Assembly (NCBI GenBank): GCA_964016885.1
Contig: OZ024747.1
Location: 8,432,001 to 8,496,000, forward strand
DNA length: 64,000 nucleotides
Direction of reading: 5' to 3'
From: Eledone cirrhosa
Taxonomy: Eukaryota
In this document: in pieces, positions 1 to 14,113 of the stretch
Layout: the number at the start of each line of letters is the position of its first letter
Position numbering within the stretch: position 1 is the stretch's first letter
Notes under the pieces: generated by a model
Seen by the model: the letters and a program-made list of their open reading frames with translations, nothing else
Databases searched by the model: none
What the model was told of the DNA's origin: nothing
Program-made: the position numbers and the translations under genes

Positions 1-299
1 CCAAGATATAAAGAAACATTATTTCTAAATAAATATAATCCATCCAATGGGCTTCTACTATTTCACTGACAAAGTGAGGTCAACTTGGGGATATGGTACA
101 GACTTGTGATTAACCCATAAAAAGTCTGAGATGATAAATGGGAGCTATTGCGAAACTCATTATGAAGACACCATACTCAGAATTCGGTCCATCATGAATG
201 GGGCACATCTAATTCCAAGGGATTATGCCTACATTCTCAGTTCTCAAAAATCTTCTCAAAAACCATACGAGAGTGTCTGGAGACCAAACAAGCTGACCT

Positions 300-1360
300 G
301 TTAAGGATGACAGATGGATTCCATCTCACCAATGTGCATCCCTCACTCTTCCTCTTCACGCTGCATGGTGCACCTTGTCACCTTTATGCAGAGCACTTCA
401 ATAAACTTCATGCCACCATCTGTAATGTTAGTTTTGATACTGGCAACAGGTAAAACTCTCCCTGGGATTTCAGTGGCCGAGGGCTTGGTGCAACATCTGA
501 CCTTGCACTGCCAGCCTTCTTATCTTCCATCTTCTCTAGCTGCACCCTCATCAGCAAGGTTCTCTGTGAGACATCAAAACCAGGCATGAACCAGGAACTC
601 AAGTCAGTTCCGGATGTTTGGGTTGATGAGGGCCTCACCGACCCCAGTATTCAAGTTACCATTGCATCGGGGAGGACATCAAGTACAGGTCAACATTCTT
701 CCTTACAACCAAACTGTGGTACATGACTCAATTCAGTGCCCTCCTCATCAACTGTAACCCTTCTTGGTGATGAGTACTTTTACATTGGAGTGGCCCTGTC
801 TTTTAGCCTTGGTTTGTGTGAGCCACACAAATGCTGTTGTTAGTTCAGACTACACCCCCCCCCCCCTCTTTTGTCACCACAGTGTAGGTCAGTTCCATGC
901 TGTGATGAATGTCAGCAGAATGACATTTGATACAGCTGGTTTCTCATCACAACTGAAACCTGTCAACCTTGACTGTGATGATGGTGAGCACCAAGAGAGG
1001 ATAACCCTTTTTCCATTCGAGGGAGTTGACTCTTTAATTTGGGATGCCATGTAATGCAACACATTCTCCACCTCCAACCCTGTTGCTTTGCCCCTACCCC
1101 AGGGCACTGCCACCTGTAACACAGAGGAGAGGAATACCGGGACTTACCCAACCAACTTCCTTATCATACTGGTTACCATTGATACCTCTGGTACTCTCAG
1201 TCCCCAAACTATTGTTTTCCTCTACCAAATCAGAAGAAATTCATCCCACCTGAGGAAGGAGTGTCATAAGGTGGAATGTCTGATGCAGTGGGTGTCACTG
1301 GCTAATCTCCACAGCACATCTGTGATACACTCCCTAGACAGGGGTGTAGTCTGTCACCCT
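300..1360 (-). mobile_element. Possible very decayed non-LTR RT
   Basis: KGDRLHP (QGDxLSP-like) and VLDVLP...YWG remnants. Confidence 0.3.
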
Positions 1361-1835
1361 TCCCAACTTTCCCTTACTTTTACTATTTAATATTTCCCTT
1401 TATTTTATTATCACAAACAATATATAATCCAATTGAAATTTAGACTCTGTTGGTTTTTAAATATGAATCAAAGACAACAAATACTGAGAGAAGGCAATGA
1501 ATAACCTCTGTATTTCCATGTAGAGCAGGTTAAATATGTATACATCAGGTGTATACATATTATATTTTGTGAAGGCATGTAGCTTAGTGGTTAGGTTGTT
1601 TGGCTCAAGAATGGAAGGTCATGAGTTCAATTCCTGGTAGCACACTGTATCCTTATTACTCCATAACACTTATTTCACATTGTCTCTATGATTAAAAGAG
1701 CCAACCATGTCACATTGAATTTCCTTGAGAAATACGTTAAAGGTACACATATGTGTATGTATGTGTATATAAGCTGCATCTGAATATGTGTGTGTATGTG
1801 TAGATATATGAGAACATATGTATGTAAGATTTTGC

Positions 1836-1998
1836 ATGTGACATCTGTACCAAAGTGTGTCACTCTGCATGTAGGCTAACATGGCACCACAAAACATGCC
1901 ACACCAATCAGACACAAACAGGCAGGAAACTTACCTGCACTCTGTGGTATGACATGTAAATCACTTCCTCGTTTCATTAGCCATCTAAAGCAGCATCA
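1836..1998 (+). mobile_element. Decayed double C2H2-like finger, probable LINE C-terminus
   Basis: CDICTKVCHSACRLTWHHKTCH, then a frameshifted CTLCGMTCKS...SHLKQH. Confidence 0.4.
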
Positions 1999-2188
1999 AC
2001 AACAGCGACATGTTTTGGCCAATGTCTGTTTTTTCTTTTGTTTTGTTTTGTTTTGTTGTTGTTTTTCTGCTCTTAGTAGCGGCCATATTTGGGCACAAGA
2101 TGACTTCCACTATGTATGCTTAGGAGTTAGCATGTTTGGCTCACAATCACATAGTTGTTAGTTTGATTCCTGGCAAGATATTATATCC

Positions 2189-2687
2189 TTAACCCTTTAG
2201 CATTTAAACTGGCCATATCCAGCCTGAATCCTCTGACCTCTTTCTGTTCAAACCGGCTGTAAATGGCCACTCATACTAATGTTATGGTATTGTTCTCGAA
2301 ATAAATAACATCAAAATCTTATAGATTCAATATTATGTGAGATAATTATGTGAGGTTAAGTCTTTACCACAAAAATAATATAGTAAATATGGAGTAATGT
2401 AAATGGTAAAGGGTTAAACCGGCCATATCCAGCCAGAATTATCTCCCCTCTTTCTGGTCAAACCAGCCGTAACCATCCACTCATACTGACATTAAGGTAT
2501 TGTTCCCAAAATATATAATATCAAAATCTCATAGATTCGATATTACGTGAGATAATGATATGGGGTAAAGCCTTTACCATGAAAATACAATAGTAAATAT
2601 AGAGTGATGTAACTATCATGTGGGGTAAAACCTTTACTGTGAAAATACAATAGTAAATATAGAGTGATGTAAATGCTAAAGGGTTAA
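2189..2687 (+). mobile_element. piggyBac-type MITE, tandem dimer, inserted in a SINE
   Basis: TTAA-CCCTTTAGCATTT...AAATGCTAAAGGG-TTAA; SINE sequence resumes after the element. Confidence 0.85.
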
Positions 2688-2914
2688 GCTTGACACTTGC
2701 TTAACCCTTTAGCTCCAGTCCACTCAGCTGGGAAGATATGAGTTGTAGCAGAGATTTAAAGAACAACAGCTTTGTCATACACTGTGTCTTGCTGAATCTC
2801 CCTGAGAACTACATAATGGAATGCTCAGCCACTTGCACATAAATTTCATAAGCAAATTGTTCTGTTATTCAAACAACTGGAACCCTTGTCATTAGAACTG
2901 TTGGCAGTTCAACT

Positions 2915-3955
2915 CCCACACACACATACACACATACACTTACACACACACATGCACTTACACACACATACACACATACACTTACACACACACATGCACT
3001 TACACACACACACACTTACACCCATACCCCAGCACCCACACACGCACCCATCCACACACACACCCCATACACATATACACACACACCCCACACACACCCC
3101 ACACATACCCCACACACATATACACACGCACCCCACATACATATACACACACATCCCACACACACCCCACACACCCCACACACCCACCCCACACACATAT
3201 ACACACACACCCCACACCCACCCCACACGCCCCACACACCCACCCCACACACATATACACACACACCCCACACACACATACATCCACACAAAACACACAT
3301 GAACATCGCCATAGTAACATAACTTGCAATAATAGAAAATCTTTTTCTTCATAACTTTCTTCAAGAGATCAATATCAATATAATTAGATAGGAATTGATA
3401 GATTGTTGTATATTGATAAACTTGTGTGTGTGTGGGGGGGGGGGGGGGTATGTTTGTGTGTGTGTATTTGTGTGTATGTGTGTCTGTGTGTATATGTGTG
3501 TATGTGCATGTTTTGTGTGTATATATATGTGTGTGTATGTGCATATTTGTGTGTATATATGTGTGTGTGTGTGTGCATGTTTTGTATATATATATATATA
3601 TATATGTGTGTGCATGTTTTGTGTATATATGTGTGTGTGTGCATGTTTTGTGTATATATATATGTGTGCATGTTTTGTGTATATGTGTGTGTGTGTGCAT
3701 GTTTTGTGTATATATATATGTGTGCATGTTTTGTGTATATGTGTGTGTGTGTGTGTGCATGTTTTGTGTATATATATATGTGTGCATGTTTTGTGTATAT
3801 GTGTGTGTGTGTGCATGTTTTGTGTATATATATATGTGTGCATGTTTTGTGTATATATATGTATATGTGTGCATGTTTTGTGTATATATGTGTGTGTGTG
3901 CATGTTTTGTGTGTATATATATGTGTGCATGTTTTGTGTATATATGTGTGTGTAT
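2915..3955. repeat. (CA)n-rich and (TG/TA)n-gcatgtttt compound repeats
   Basis: Direct reading. Confidence 0.95.
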
Positions 3956-4194
3956 AAGATTACATGTAAGTGTGTATATATCATCACCATCATCATCGTT
4001 TAATGTCTATCTTCCACGCTAGCATGGGTTAGACGGGTGTATGTATGTGTGAATATATGTATGTGTGTATAATATTACATGTATGTGTGAATGTGTGTAT
4101 TACATGTATGTATGTGTGAATGTGTGAGTGTCAGATGATGTAAACTTTTAAAAGTATAATTCAGTAGATATACACGTGTGTGTGTGTGTGTGTG

Positions 4195-4510
4195 TGTGGC
4201 TTAGTGGTTAGAGTGTTTGGCTGATAATTGTAAGGTCTTGACTTCAATTCCCAGTAGCACGTTGCGTCCTTGAGCAAGACACTTTATTTCATGTTGCTCC
4301 AGTCCACTCAGCTGACAAAACTGAGTTGTACATGTAATTCAAAGGGTCGGCCTAGTCACATTCTGTGTTACGGTGAATCTCCCTGAGAACTGCATTAAAG
4401 GTATGTGTGTCTGGAATGCTCAGCCACTTGCACATTAATTTCAATAGCAGGCTGTTCCATTGATCATATCAACAGGAATACTCGTGTTTGTAACTGATGG
4501 CGTCCCAGTT
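4195..4510 (+). mobile_element. tRNA-derived CORE-type SINE
   Basis: A box tggcttagtgg, B-box-like ttcaattcc, core tccttgagcaagacact...gctccagtccactcagctg; relatives at 1569-1755, 2110-2915, 36305-36540. Confidence 0.8.
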
Positions 4511-5246
4511 ATACTTTGTTATACACTCCCATGTATGTCTCTTGCTCTCCCACAGTGCTGGTGACATGGCAAGAGGTACCTACACCATCTTTACAGTGGT
4601 AGTGTTGGTACTATGACAAAAACACTCAGTACACCCTGTAAAGTGGTTGCACTGATGACACGACAAAAGGTACCCAGTCTACTATGTAAAGCTGTTGGCA
4701 TTAGGAAGGGCACCTGTAGAAAATCGAGGTGAAAATGGATCATATGAGTAAGACGTGGTCATCTGACATGTCTCGCTTCATCACGTGACAACCCATCTCA
4801 CTGATGCAAGTATTGAAAATTGAGGTTAAACAGTGATGATGGTGATATATAATAAATATAGGGACCTGAAAGAACTGTTAGTGTACTCCCAGCCAACACA
4901 CTCCACACACCCTCTCAAATACTTCTCTCCCCCTTCTCCACCTTAGTCCCTTCCTCATGTGACCTCTCACAGCTCCCCCTCAGCCAACCCATGCTGGCAG
5001 AGAAAAAAAAAGTGCCCCGCCCCTATCATTACCACCACTGCATTGTGCTTCATCTCTCTCTCTCTTTCCCACATTGCCAAATTCACCTTCCTTGTCCAAG
5101 CCCTGACAGCCTGGAGAAAAGATGTGCTCCCTAATCCCACCCCAAACCATATTCCTTGTCCAACATATCCCCGTTCCAGGAAGCTCCAACCGTTAAGGTT
5201 GTCTTTTTTTCTGGGTATGTCAATATTTATTTATAAAACAAATCTG

Positions 5247-5312
5247 TATTTTATCTGATGAAAGCGCACCATAATTTGCCTTGGTTGCCCTTGAAATATG
5301 TATAATAAAATA
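5247..5312 (+). ncRNA. Type I hammerhead-ribozyme-like motif (PLE pLTR-type repeat)
   Basis: Stem I tattttat/ataaaata, CTGATGA, 10-bp stem II, GAAA, self-complementary ATATGTAT, AUA triplet. Confidence 0.75.
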
Positions 5313-5498
5313 AATATGGTTTTATAAATAGTTTCCATTTATTAATATATATATATATATATATATATGTAAAAGTTCTATTTAAATTGTTGGGATACAA
5401 CAAGCAAATATTTTTATAACTGATATAAAGCACTCAACAAATAATTGGAGTAAAAATACGATATTAACAAATGGAAACTATATTTATAAAACCATATT

Positions 5499-5563
5499 TA
5501 TTTGATTATACATATTTCAAGGACACCAAGTTAAATTATGGTGTGCTTTCATCAGATAAAATA
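5499..5563 (-). ncRNA. Hammerhead-like motif, inverted copy
   Basis: ctgatga aagcacacca...tggtgtcctt gaaatatgtata on the minus strand. Confidence 0.72.
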
Positions 5564-5709
5564 TAATATAGAGCAGTTTTATAAATAAATATTGACATAC
5601 CCTTAAAGAATGCAACCATTACTGTTGGAAGCTCCCGGATAGTGTCCTTGAAATATGTATAATGAAATAAATATGGTTTTATAAATATAGTTTCCATTTG
5701 TTAATATCG

Positions 5710-5741
<32 letters not shown>

Positions 5742-5832
5742 CTGCCTTACGTTGAGTACTCTCTATATTATTGCATTATGATTGACCATACGGAATAGAC
5801 CAGCTCTATACAGTGGTGAACCTCAAACCTGA

Positions 5833-5879
<47 letters not shown>

Positions 5880-6264
5880 TATATGGAGAGAGAGAAGGAA
5901 GGAATGGAGCAGAATATGCTCAGTATAAAATGCAAGTATACCATGCATGCATCTGTTATATGCATTAGATTTTATAGTAAACTTCACTTACCAATATAGA
6001 TTTTTTAAATATCACACTAATAATACACACATACAGGTCTATATATGTATCTTTCTATCTATCTATGTCTTTCTCTCTACCCCTCTCTCTGTCCCTCTTT
6101 CTTTCTCTCTCTCACCCTCTCTATCCCTCTTTCTTTCTCTCTCTCTCACCCTCTCTATCCCTCTTTCTCTCTCTATATATATATATAGAGAGAGAGAGCG
6201 ATAGAGATATGTATATATAAATAATATATATAAATAATATATATATATAAATAAATTTGACAAA

Positions 6265-6311
<47 letters not shown>

Positions 6312-6321
6312 GCACAAACAC

Positions 6322-6356
<35 letters not shown>

Positions 6357-6369
6357 TACACTCACACAC

Positions 6370-6446
<77 letters not shown>

Positions 6447-6861
6447 CACACACATACACACAGACATACATACATATGAGAGAGGGTGAAAGAGAAAGAG
6501 AAGGGGGGGTGATAGGATTTGTCCAATTTTCTACAGTCTAATGCTGTATATTGTTGATCACTCCCAACTTATAACTAGCTTCCTTCCACTTTTCTCTGAA
6601 AAAATGTTCCTCTAAACAAGCAAGACCATTTCTCTTCCAATTTTTCCTGCTTTTTATTCATTTTTTCCTTCTTTTTATTTTCATTTTGTCATGTATCGAT
6701 CGAGTTTATTTTTAGCTTGATGTTCGATATTTTTAGCTACAGCCCAGCTTGGCTTCACTTTAACTTCATGCATTTTGGCTTGTTTGTCTACATTCAGAAG
6801 TTAAAGCATTGATGACTTGGAAAGTCGAATGGGAGGGAGGGGAATGGTATGCAATAAATCA

Positions 6862-9737
6862 GGTGGTGGTGGTGGTGGTGGTGGAGGGTGGGGGGGGGGA
6901 TTTTAGTGGTGTTGGTGGTGGTATGTTGAGGGGGGGGGGGGGGTAGCAGTTTTGGTGGTGGTGTGCCGGAGAGGTTTTAGTGGTGGTGGTGGTGGTGGTG
7001 GTGGTGGTGTAATGCTGGTTTTGGCAGGTTTGATGATGGTGTGGTGGCGGTGGTGGCGGTGGTGGTGGTGGTGGTGGTGGTGGTGGTCAGTGGTGATTTT
7101 GGTGGAGTTGGTGGTACTAATGATGGTTTTCGTGTGCTGGTGGTGTGGTGTAGTGGTGGTGGCGGTGTAGTGGTGGTGGTGTGGTGTGCTGGTGGAGGGG
7201 GAGTAGTTGGTGGTGTGCTGGTGGTGTGGTGTGGTGTGGTGGTGGTGGTGTGGTGTGCTGGTGGTGTGGTGTAGTGGTGGTGGTGTAGTGGTGGTGGTGT
7301 GGTGTGCTGGTGGAGGGGGAGTAGTTGGTGGTGTGGTGTGGTGGTGTGCTGGTGGTGTGGTGTAGTGGTGGTGTGGTGTGGTGTACTGGTGGTGTAGTGG
7401 TGTGGTGTGCTGGTGGAGGGGGAGTAGTTGGTGGTGTGGTGTGCTGGTGGTGTGGTGTGGTGGTGTGGTGTGATGGTGGAGGGGGAGTAGTTGGTGGTGT
7501 GGTGTGATGGTGGTGTAGTGTGCTGGTGGTGTGGTGGTGGTATGATGGTGGTGTGGTGTGATGGTGGTGTGCTGGTGGTGTGGTGTGGTATGGTGTTATT
7601 GTGGTGTGGTGTGGTGTGATGGTGTGGTGTTATGGTTGTGTGGTGGTGGTGGTGGTGGTGTGATGGTGGTGTGGTGGTGTTGTGTGATTGTGGTGTGATG
7701 GTGGTGTGGTGGTGTGGTGTTATGGTGGTGTGGTGTGATGGTGGTGGTGTGGTGTGATGGTGGTGTGGTGGTGTGGTGTGGTGTTATGGTGGTGTGGTGT
7801 GATGGTGGTGGTGTGATGGTGGTGTGGTGGTGTGGTGGTGTGGTGGTGGTGGTGTGGTGTGATGGTGTGGTGGTGGTGGTGTGGTGGTGGTGTGGTGGTG
7901 TGGTGTGATGGTGGTCTTGTGGTGTGATGGTGGTGTGGTGGTGTGGTGTGGTGGTGTGGTGGTGGTGTGGTGGTGTGGTGTGGTGTTATGGTGGTGTGGT
8001 GGTGTGGTGTGATGGTGATGTGGTGGTGTGGTGTGATGGTGGTGTGGTGTTGTGTGATGGTGGTGTGGTGTGGAGGTGTGGTGGTGTGGTCTGGTGTGGT
8101 GGTGGTGTGGTGTGTTGGTGGTGTGGTTGTGGTGTGTTTGTGGTGTGGTGGTGGTGTGGTGTGGTGGTGGTGTGGTGTGATGGTGGTGTGGTGGTGTGTG
8201 ATGGTGGTGTGGTGGTGGTGTGGTGTGGAGGTGTGGTGGTGAGGTCTGGTGTGGTGGTGGTGTGGTGTGTTGGTGGTGTGGTGTGGTGGTGGTGTGGTGT
8301 GGTGGTGGTGTGGTGTGGTGTGGTGGTGTGGTGTGGTGTGATGGTGGTGTGGTGTGTTGGTGGTGTGGTGTGGTGGTGGTGTGGTGTGGTGTGGTGGTGG
8401 TGTGGTGTGGTGTGATGGTGGTGTGGTGTGGAGGTGTGGTGGTGTGGTGTGGAGGTGTGGTGGTGTGGTCTGGTGTGGTGGTGGTGTGGTGTGGTGGTGG
8501 TGTGGTGTGGTGTGGTGGTGGTGTGGTGGTGGTGTGGTGTGGAGGTGTGGTGGTGTGGTCTGGTGTGGTGGTGGTGTGGTGTGGTGTGATGGTGGTGTGG
8601 TGGTGGTGTGGTGTGGAGGTGTGGTGGTGTGATGGTGGTGTGGTGGTGGTGTGGTGGTGGTGTGGTGTGGAGGTGTGGTGGTGTGGTCTGGTGTGGTGGT
8701 GGTGTGGTGTGGTGGTGGTGTGGTGTGGTGGTGGTGTGGTGGTGGTGTGGTGTGGAGGTGTGGTGGTGTGGTCTGGTGTGGTGGTGGTGTGGTGTGGTGG
8801 TGGTGTGGTGTGGTGGTGGTGTGGTGGTGGTGTGGTGGCGGTGTGGTGTGGAGGTGTGGTGGTGTGGTCTGGTGTGGTGGTGGTGTGGTGTGGTGGTGGT
8901 GTGGTGTGGTGTGATGGTGGTGTGATGGTGGTGTGGTGTGGTGGTGGTGTGGTGTGGTGGTGGTGTGGTGTGGTGTGATGGTGGTGTGATGGTGGTGTGG
9001 TGTGGTGTGGTGTGGTGTGATGGTGGTGTGATGGTGGTGTGGTGTGGTGTGGTGTGGTGTGATGGTGGTGTGGTGTGATGGTGGTGTGGTGTGGTGGTGG
9101 TGTGGTGTGGTGTGATGGTGGTGTGGTGTGGTGGTGGTGTGGTGTGGTGTGATGGTGGTGTGATGGTGGTGTGGTGTGGTGTGGTGTGATGGTGGTGTGG
9201 TGTGGTGTGGTGTGGTGTGATGGTGGTGTGGTGTGATGGTGGTGTGGTGTGGTGTGGTGTGGTGTGATGGTGGTGTGGTGTGGTGTGGTGTGGTGTGATG
9301 GTGGTGTGGTGTGGTGTGGTGTGGTGTGATGGTGGTGTGATGGTGGTGTGGTGTGGTGTGGTGTGATGGTGGTGTGGTGTGGTGTGGTGTGGTGTGATGG
9401 TGGTGTGATGGTGGTGTGGTGGTGGTGTGGTGGTGTGGTGGTGTGGTGTGATGGTGGTGTGGTGGTGGTGTGGTGTGGTGTGGTGTGGTGTGATGGTGGT
9501 GTGATGGTGGTGTGATGGCGGTGTGGTGTGGTGTGGTGTGATGGTGGTGTGGTGTGGTGTGGTGTGATGGTGGTGTGGTGTGGTGTGGTGTGGTGTGATG
9601 GTGGTGTGATGGTGGTGTGGTGGTGTGGTGTGATGGTTGTGTGGTGGTGTGGTGTGATGGTGGTGTGGTGTGGTGGTGTGGTGGTGTGGTGTGGTGGTGT
9701 GGTGTGGAGGTGTGGTGGTGGAGGGGGAGTAGTTGGT
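6862..9737. repeat. ~2.9-kb GGT/GTGTG G-rich satellite
   Basis: Direct reading. Confidence 0.97.
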
Positions 9738-9912
9738 AAGTAAAAACGAAAGAAAAGGATGAGAAAAAGAAAAAAAAGTATCTTAGTAGAAGAATCCGGT
9801 TTTAACATGTTGTAAACATATTCCAAATATACTTTTGATATATATAAATATGTGTACACATATCTGTGTGTGCATGTATGTATAAAATACATATCATGTA
9901 TATATACATATA

Positions 9913-9981
<69 letters not shown>

Positions 9982-10146
9982 ATATATATATATATGTATG
10001 TATGTATGTGTACATATATGTATCAGGTATCATAAATGTATGTATGTATGTGTGCTGTGTGTATATATGTAAGTGTGTGTGTGATGCTAAGGTTACCTAC
10101 TGGCATTTAACCTGTAGAAGACTAGGATAGACAGACAGACAGACAA

Positions 10147-10199
<53 letters not shown>

Positions 10200-10931
10200 T
10201 AGATAAATAGATAAATAGATAGGTAGATATTGATAGATAGGTCATAAATATAAATAAATAGATCGATAGGTAGATCATACATAGATAGATAAATCACAGA
10301 TAGATATTGATAGATAGATATTGATACATAGATATTGATACTTAGATATTGATAGATAGATATATAGATAGATAGATAGATATACATACATGTATATTTT
10401 AGGTGTGTGGAGATGGTGGCCAGCAATCTATCCTGGTTCCAAGGTGGCAGTAGGTGGACTGCATACTATAGTCTTCTGTAAGAATCCACACTGTGTGAAC
10501 AGCATACAGCCTGCCCATTCTAGATTGGTCTGGTTCACTTGAACGAGACAGAATGGAAAAATGGAAAAATCCAAGCACACACAATTTTATACTGGCCCCC
10601 TACACATACACACATGCACACACCAAAACATTGGCCCCAACGCACATACACACGTACACACCAAAGTACCCCCCCCCCCAACTCACATACACACACACAC
10701 CCAAATCTCTTCAATAGTCTAGCAAGCCACTCCCAGCTATTATCTTGTATTTCTGTCACACATCCTACCAATGATATCCACATACATACACACACGTACA
10801 CACACACATACACACATGCACACATGCACTATGAGAGATTTGGTCTCATACACACATACACACATACACTATAATTATAGATTTGCACGCATGCACAAAT
10901 ATACACATGCATGCATACATGTATACACACG

Positions 10932-11027
<96 letters not shown>

Positions 11028-11351
11028 CATATATATATATATATATATATATACAATGAGAGGAAGTTTGCACACATAATTACATACAAACACATTCACA
11101 GAGATATATAAACATGTATTTCTGTGGATAAATCTTTTTAAATATCAAGCAGCATATGTGTGTACACGTGTGTATGTATATGTTTATTAAATAAATATAT
11201 GACTATATATATGTGTGTATGTGAGTGTGTGTGTGTGCGCACATGTATGTGTGTCTGTGGGTGTATACATATATATATATATATGTTATAGCTCACATTT
11301 TATAAAGTTATATCAACTCTCTTATATATATATATATATATATATATATAA

Positions 11352-12480
11352 TCATAATCATCTAACATCCATTTTCTATGCTAGCATGGGTTAGACGGGT
11401 TGTCCTGTTGTGAGACAGTCAGGTCAGATGACCGTGTCATGCTCATACAGAACTGATTCTGGCTTGCTTTCTACAGTTAGGTGCCAACTACATTTACAGA
11501 GTGGACTGGGTGTTTTTATCATGACACCTACATGACCACTTTAGAGTGTGGACTGGTGCTTTTTATCAAGGCACCAGAACAACCACTTTACAGTGTGGAC
11601 AGGCGCTTTTATCACATTATCCCAAGCTTTCCTAGGTCTTCCTCTTCCATACCTTCCATCAACTTTGAGTGCCTTGTACCTTTTTATACCACTGTCATCC
11701 TTTATACACATCACATATCTATACCACCAGAATCTCCTCTCCTGCACACTGCATCTGATCCCTCTTATGCCCAGTTTCTCTCTCAGTTCATTTACACTTT
11801 GCCATTCATGTATTTTACTATTACACCATCGGAGCATGTAAGGTTCATTTCTTTCCAATTTGTGTGGGTCCTCTGCACACAGTCCAGGTCTCACTACCAT
11901 GCAGCATTGCTGTTCGTATACATGCATCTGCCCTTCATTTTGAGGGGAAAACCATTTATAGTTAGTATCAGTAGTAGCTCCCTGAACTTTCTCCATCCCA
12001 TTGTCACTCTAGCTACTCTACTTTCAGAACTCTCTCCTGCACTGCTAATTTGGTCACCTAGGTAACAGAAACTATCAACTGCTTCTACAGCGCCCTCTGG
12101 GCATTTAAAGGGGATAGTATCCTGTGAACTCTTGCTACTTATTGCGCCAATGCTGATGCATATAAAACCTATTTTCTTTGCTAGCCTGCTTGAGATTTCA
12201 CTACATCTCTTGTGTACCCATATTTTCATTTGGGATATAGACTCGAATTCCTATCTACTCCTTTCTCGCACACTGAGCTAGGCCATTTCGCTGAGGGAAT
12301 TTGGGCCAATTTCCTTTCATATATAAATGTGATCTATGAGTGTGTGTATATACAGTTAAGGCTTGGAGAACTTTAATGAAAAGATGCCTGAGGACTAAAC
12401 TCTGATGAACATCTACTTGTATATCGAATCCCTTACTAAACTCATTATCTACCATTGTAACCATCTTGGTGCTGCCCAAC
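11352..12480 (-). mobile_element. RTE LINE 3' fragment, decayed
   Basis: WVHKRCS, FCYLGDQIS, WRKFREL, GRPRKAW in minus-strand ORFs; family 3' UTR. Confidence 0.88.
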
Positions 12481-12659
12481 ATGTCCATTGAAGTCACCTG
12501 CTAGAGTCATGAGATCTTTGTCATCTGTTATTGAAGTTGTCTTGAAGAGGTCCTCATAAAAGCAGTCCCTCTGTTCTCTACTTAACTTTATGGTATTCAT
12601 ATGGAGGTAACTAGTGTTATTCTATCACCTGTAGCTAATCAGAACCTGATAATTCTCTC

Positions 12660-13228
12660 ATATAAAAATAATAATGAAATTATTGTGTAAAGTGCTCAGG
12701 TGCACTACAACTCGTCAAAGGTGTATGTATAGTACATAGAATAATACACAAATGTCAGGGAAGTGAATAGTGTATGAGTCATGGTATACATGTGTGTATG
12801 TGTATGGAGGGGGAACATTAGCTGTAGTGTTGGCGAATCTCAGGAAGCATGGAGGCCTTAAAGGATGCAGTGTCTCGACAGCTAACAACTGATGCAGGTA
12901 GTTTGTTCCATGCTTCAACAACTCTGAGCGTGAAAAAATGTTTCCGAAAGTCATGGGAACTGTGCTGTTTTCTTACTTTGTAGGCATGTCCACGTGTGTT
13001 AGACACATGGAAATCAAAAAGGTACTCAGGGTTGTTGTTGGCAACATGGTTAACAATTTTGTGGGTGTTTACCAAGTCAGTTGCCAGGCGTCGGAGCTTC
13101 AATGTATCCATGCCCAGGGAAGCAAGGCGCTCAGAGTATGGTAGATGCCTGATGGAGGGTATTCGCTTGGTTGCACGTCTCTGAACAGTTTCCAGGTGGT
13201 CAATGTTCTGAGCAAGATAGGGGTGTAT
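12660..13228 (-). mobile_element. CR1-clade LINE 3' end
   Basis: LETVQRRATK...YSERL, TRGHAYK, FFTLRVVEAWNKLP: typical CR1/L2 RT C-terminus. Confidence 0.9.
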
Positions 13229-13592
13229 ATATTCTAACTACCTCAATTACTTTGTCTATCCACTTCTCCACAGCTTATAAAATACCTACTCCACCTCCCT
13301 CAGAAGAGTTTGTATGTAAACTGTTTGTTCTGTCTGATGCACCACTCCATCTCACCTCTGGCACACACCATATATGTATATATATATATATATATATATA
13401 CATACACACACACACACATATATATATATACACATATATATATACACATACACGTATGTATATATATATATATATACATACACACGCACACACACATATA
13501 TATATATACACATATATATATACACATACACGTATGTATATATATATATATATAATATATGTATGTATGTTTGTATATATATATATATACAT

Positions 13593-13625
<33 letters not shown>

Positions 13626-13671
13626 CACATATATATATACACATACACGTATGTATATCATCATCATCATC

Positions 13672-13920
13672 AGGTGTCACGACAAAAAACCCCACAGTCC
13701 ACGCTGTAATGTGGCCGTGTGGGTAACACGGTAAAAACCTCCCAGTCCACACTGTAAATGTGGTTGGTGTTAGGAAGGGCATCCAGCTGTAGAAAACCCG
13801 CCAGACAGTCCTATGCGAGCAGGACAACCACTCTTGCCTCACGTGGGAAAACTCCCGTCCAAACCCATGCGAGCGTGGAAGATGGACGTTAAACGATGAT
13901 GATGATGATGATGATGATGA
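13672..13920 (+). mobile_element. RTE 3'-UTR-only insertion with (GAT)n tail
   Basis: Matches 48731-48976; related pieces at 42920-43053, 50444-50583, 54124-54297 (-), 56118-56250. Confidence 0.85.
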
Positions 13921-14075
13921 CACACACATATATATATATATACACATATATATATACACATACATGTATGTATATATATATATAATGTATGTATGTTTGT
14001 ATATATGCATGCATGTATGTAATATGTATATGTGTGTGTGTATTATGTACACATGTATTTATGTATGTATGCATT

Positions 14076-14113
<38 letters not shown>

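Noticed and set aside
4195-4260. tRNA genes
   Set aside because: A/B boxes run into SINE bodies; no cloverleaf.
7784-10033. 749-aa His/Thr/Pro ORF
   Set aside because: Translation of the CAC/ACC satellite, which cannot contain stops; begins in (TA)n.
10403-10477. Plus-strand 75-nt exon (CVEMVASNLSW...)
   Set aside because: Weak acceptor and no partner exons or recognisable domain.
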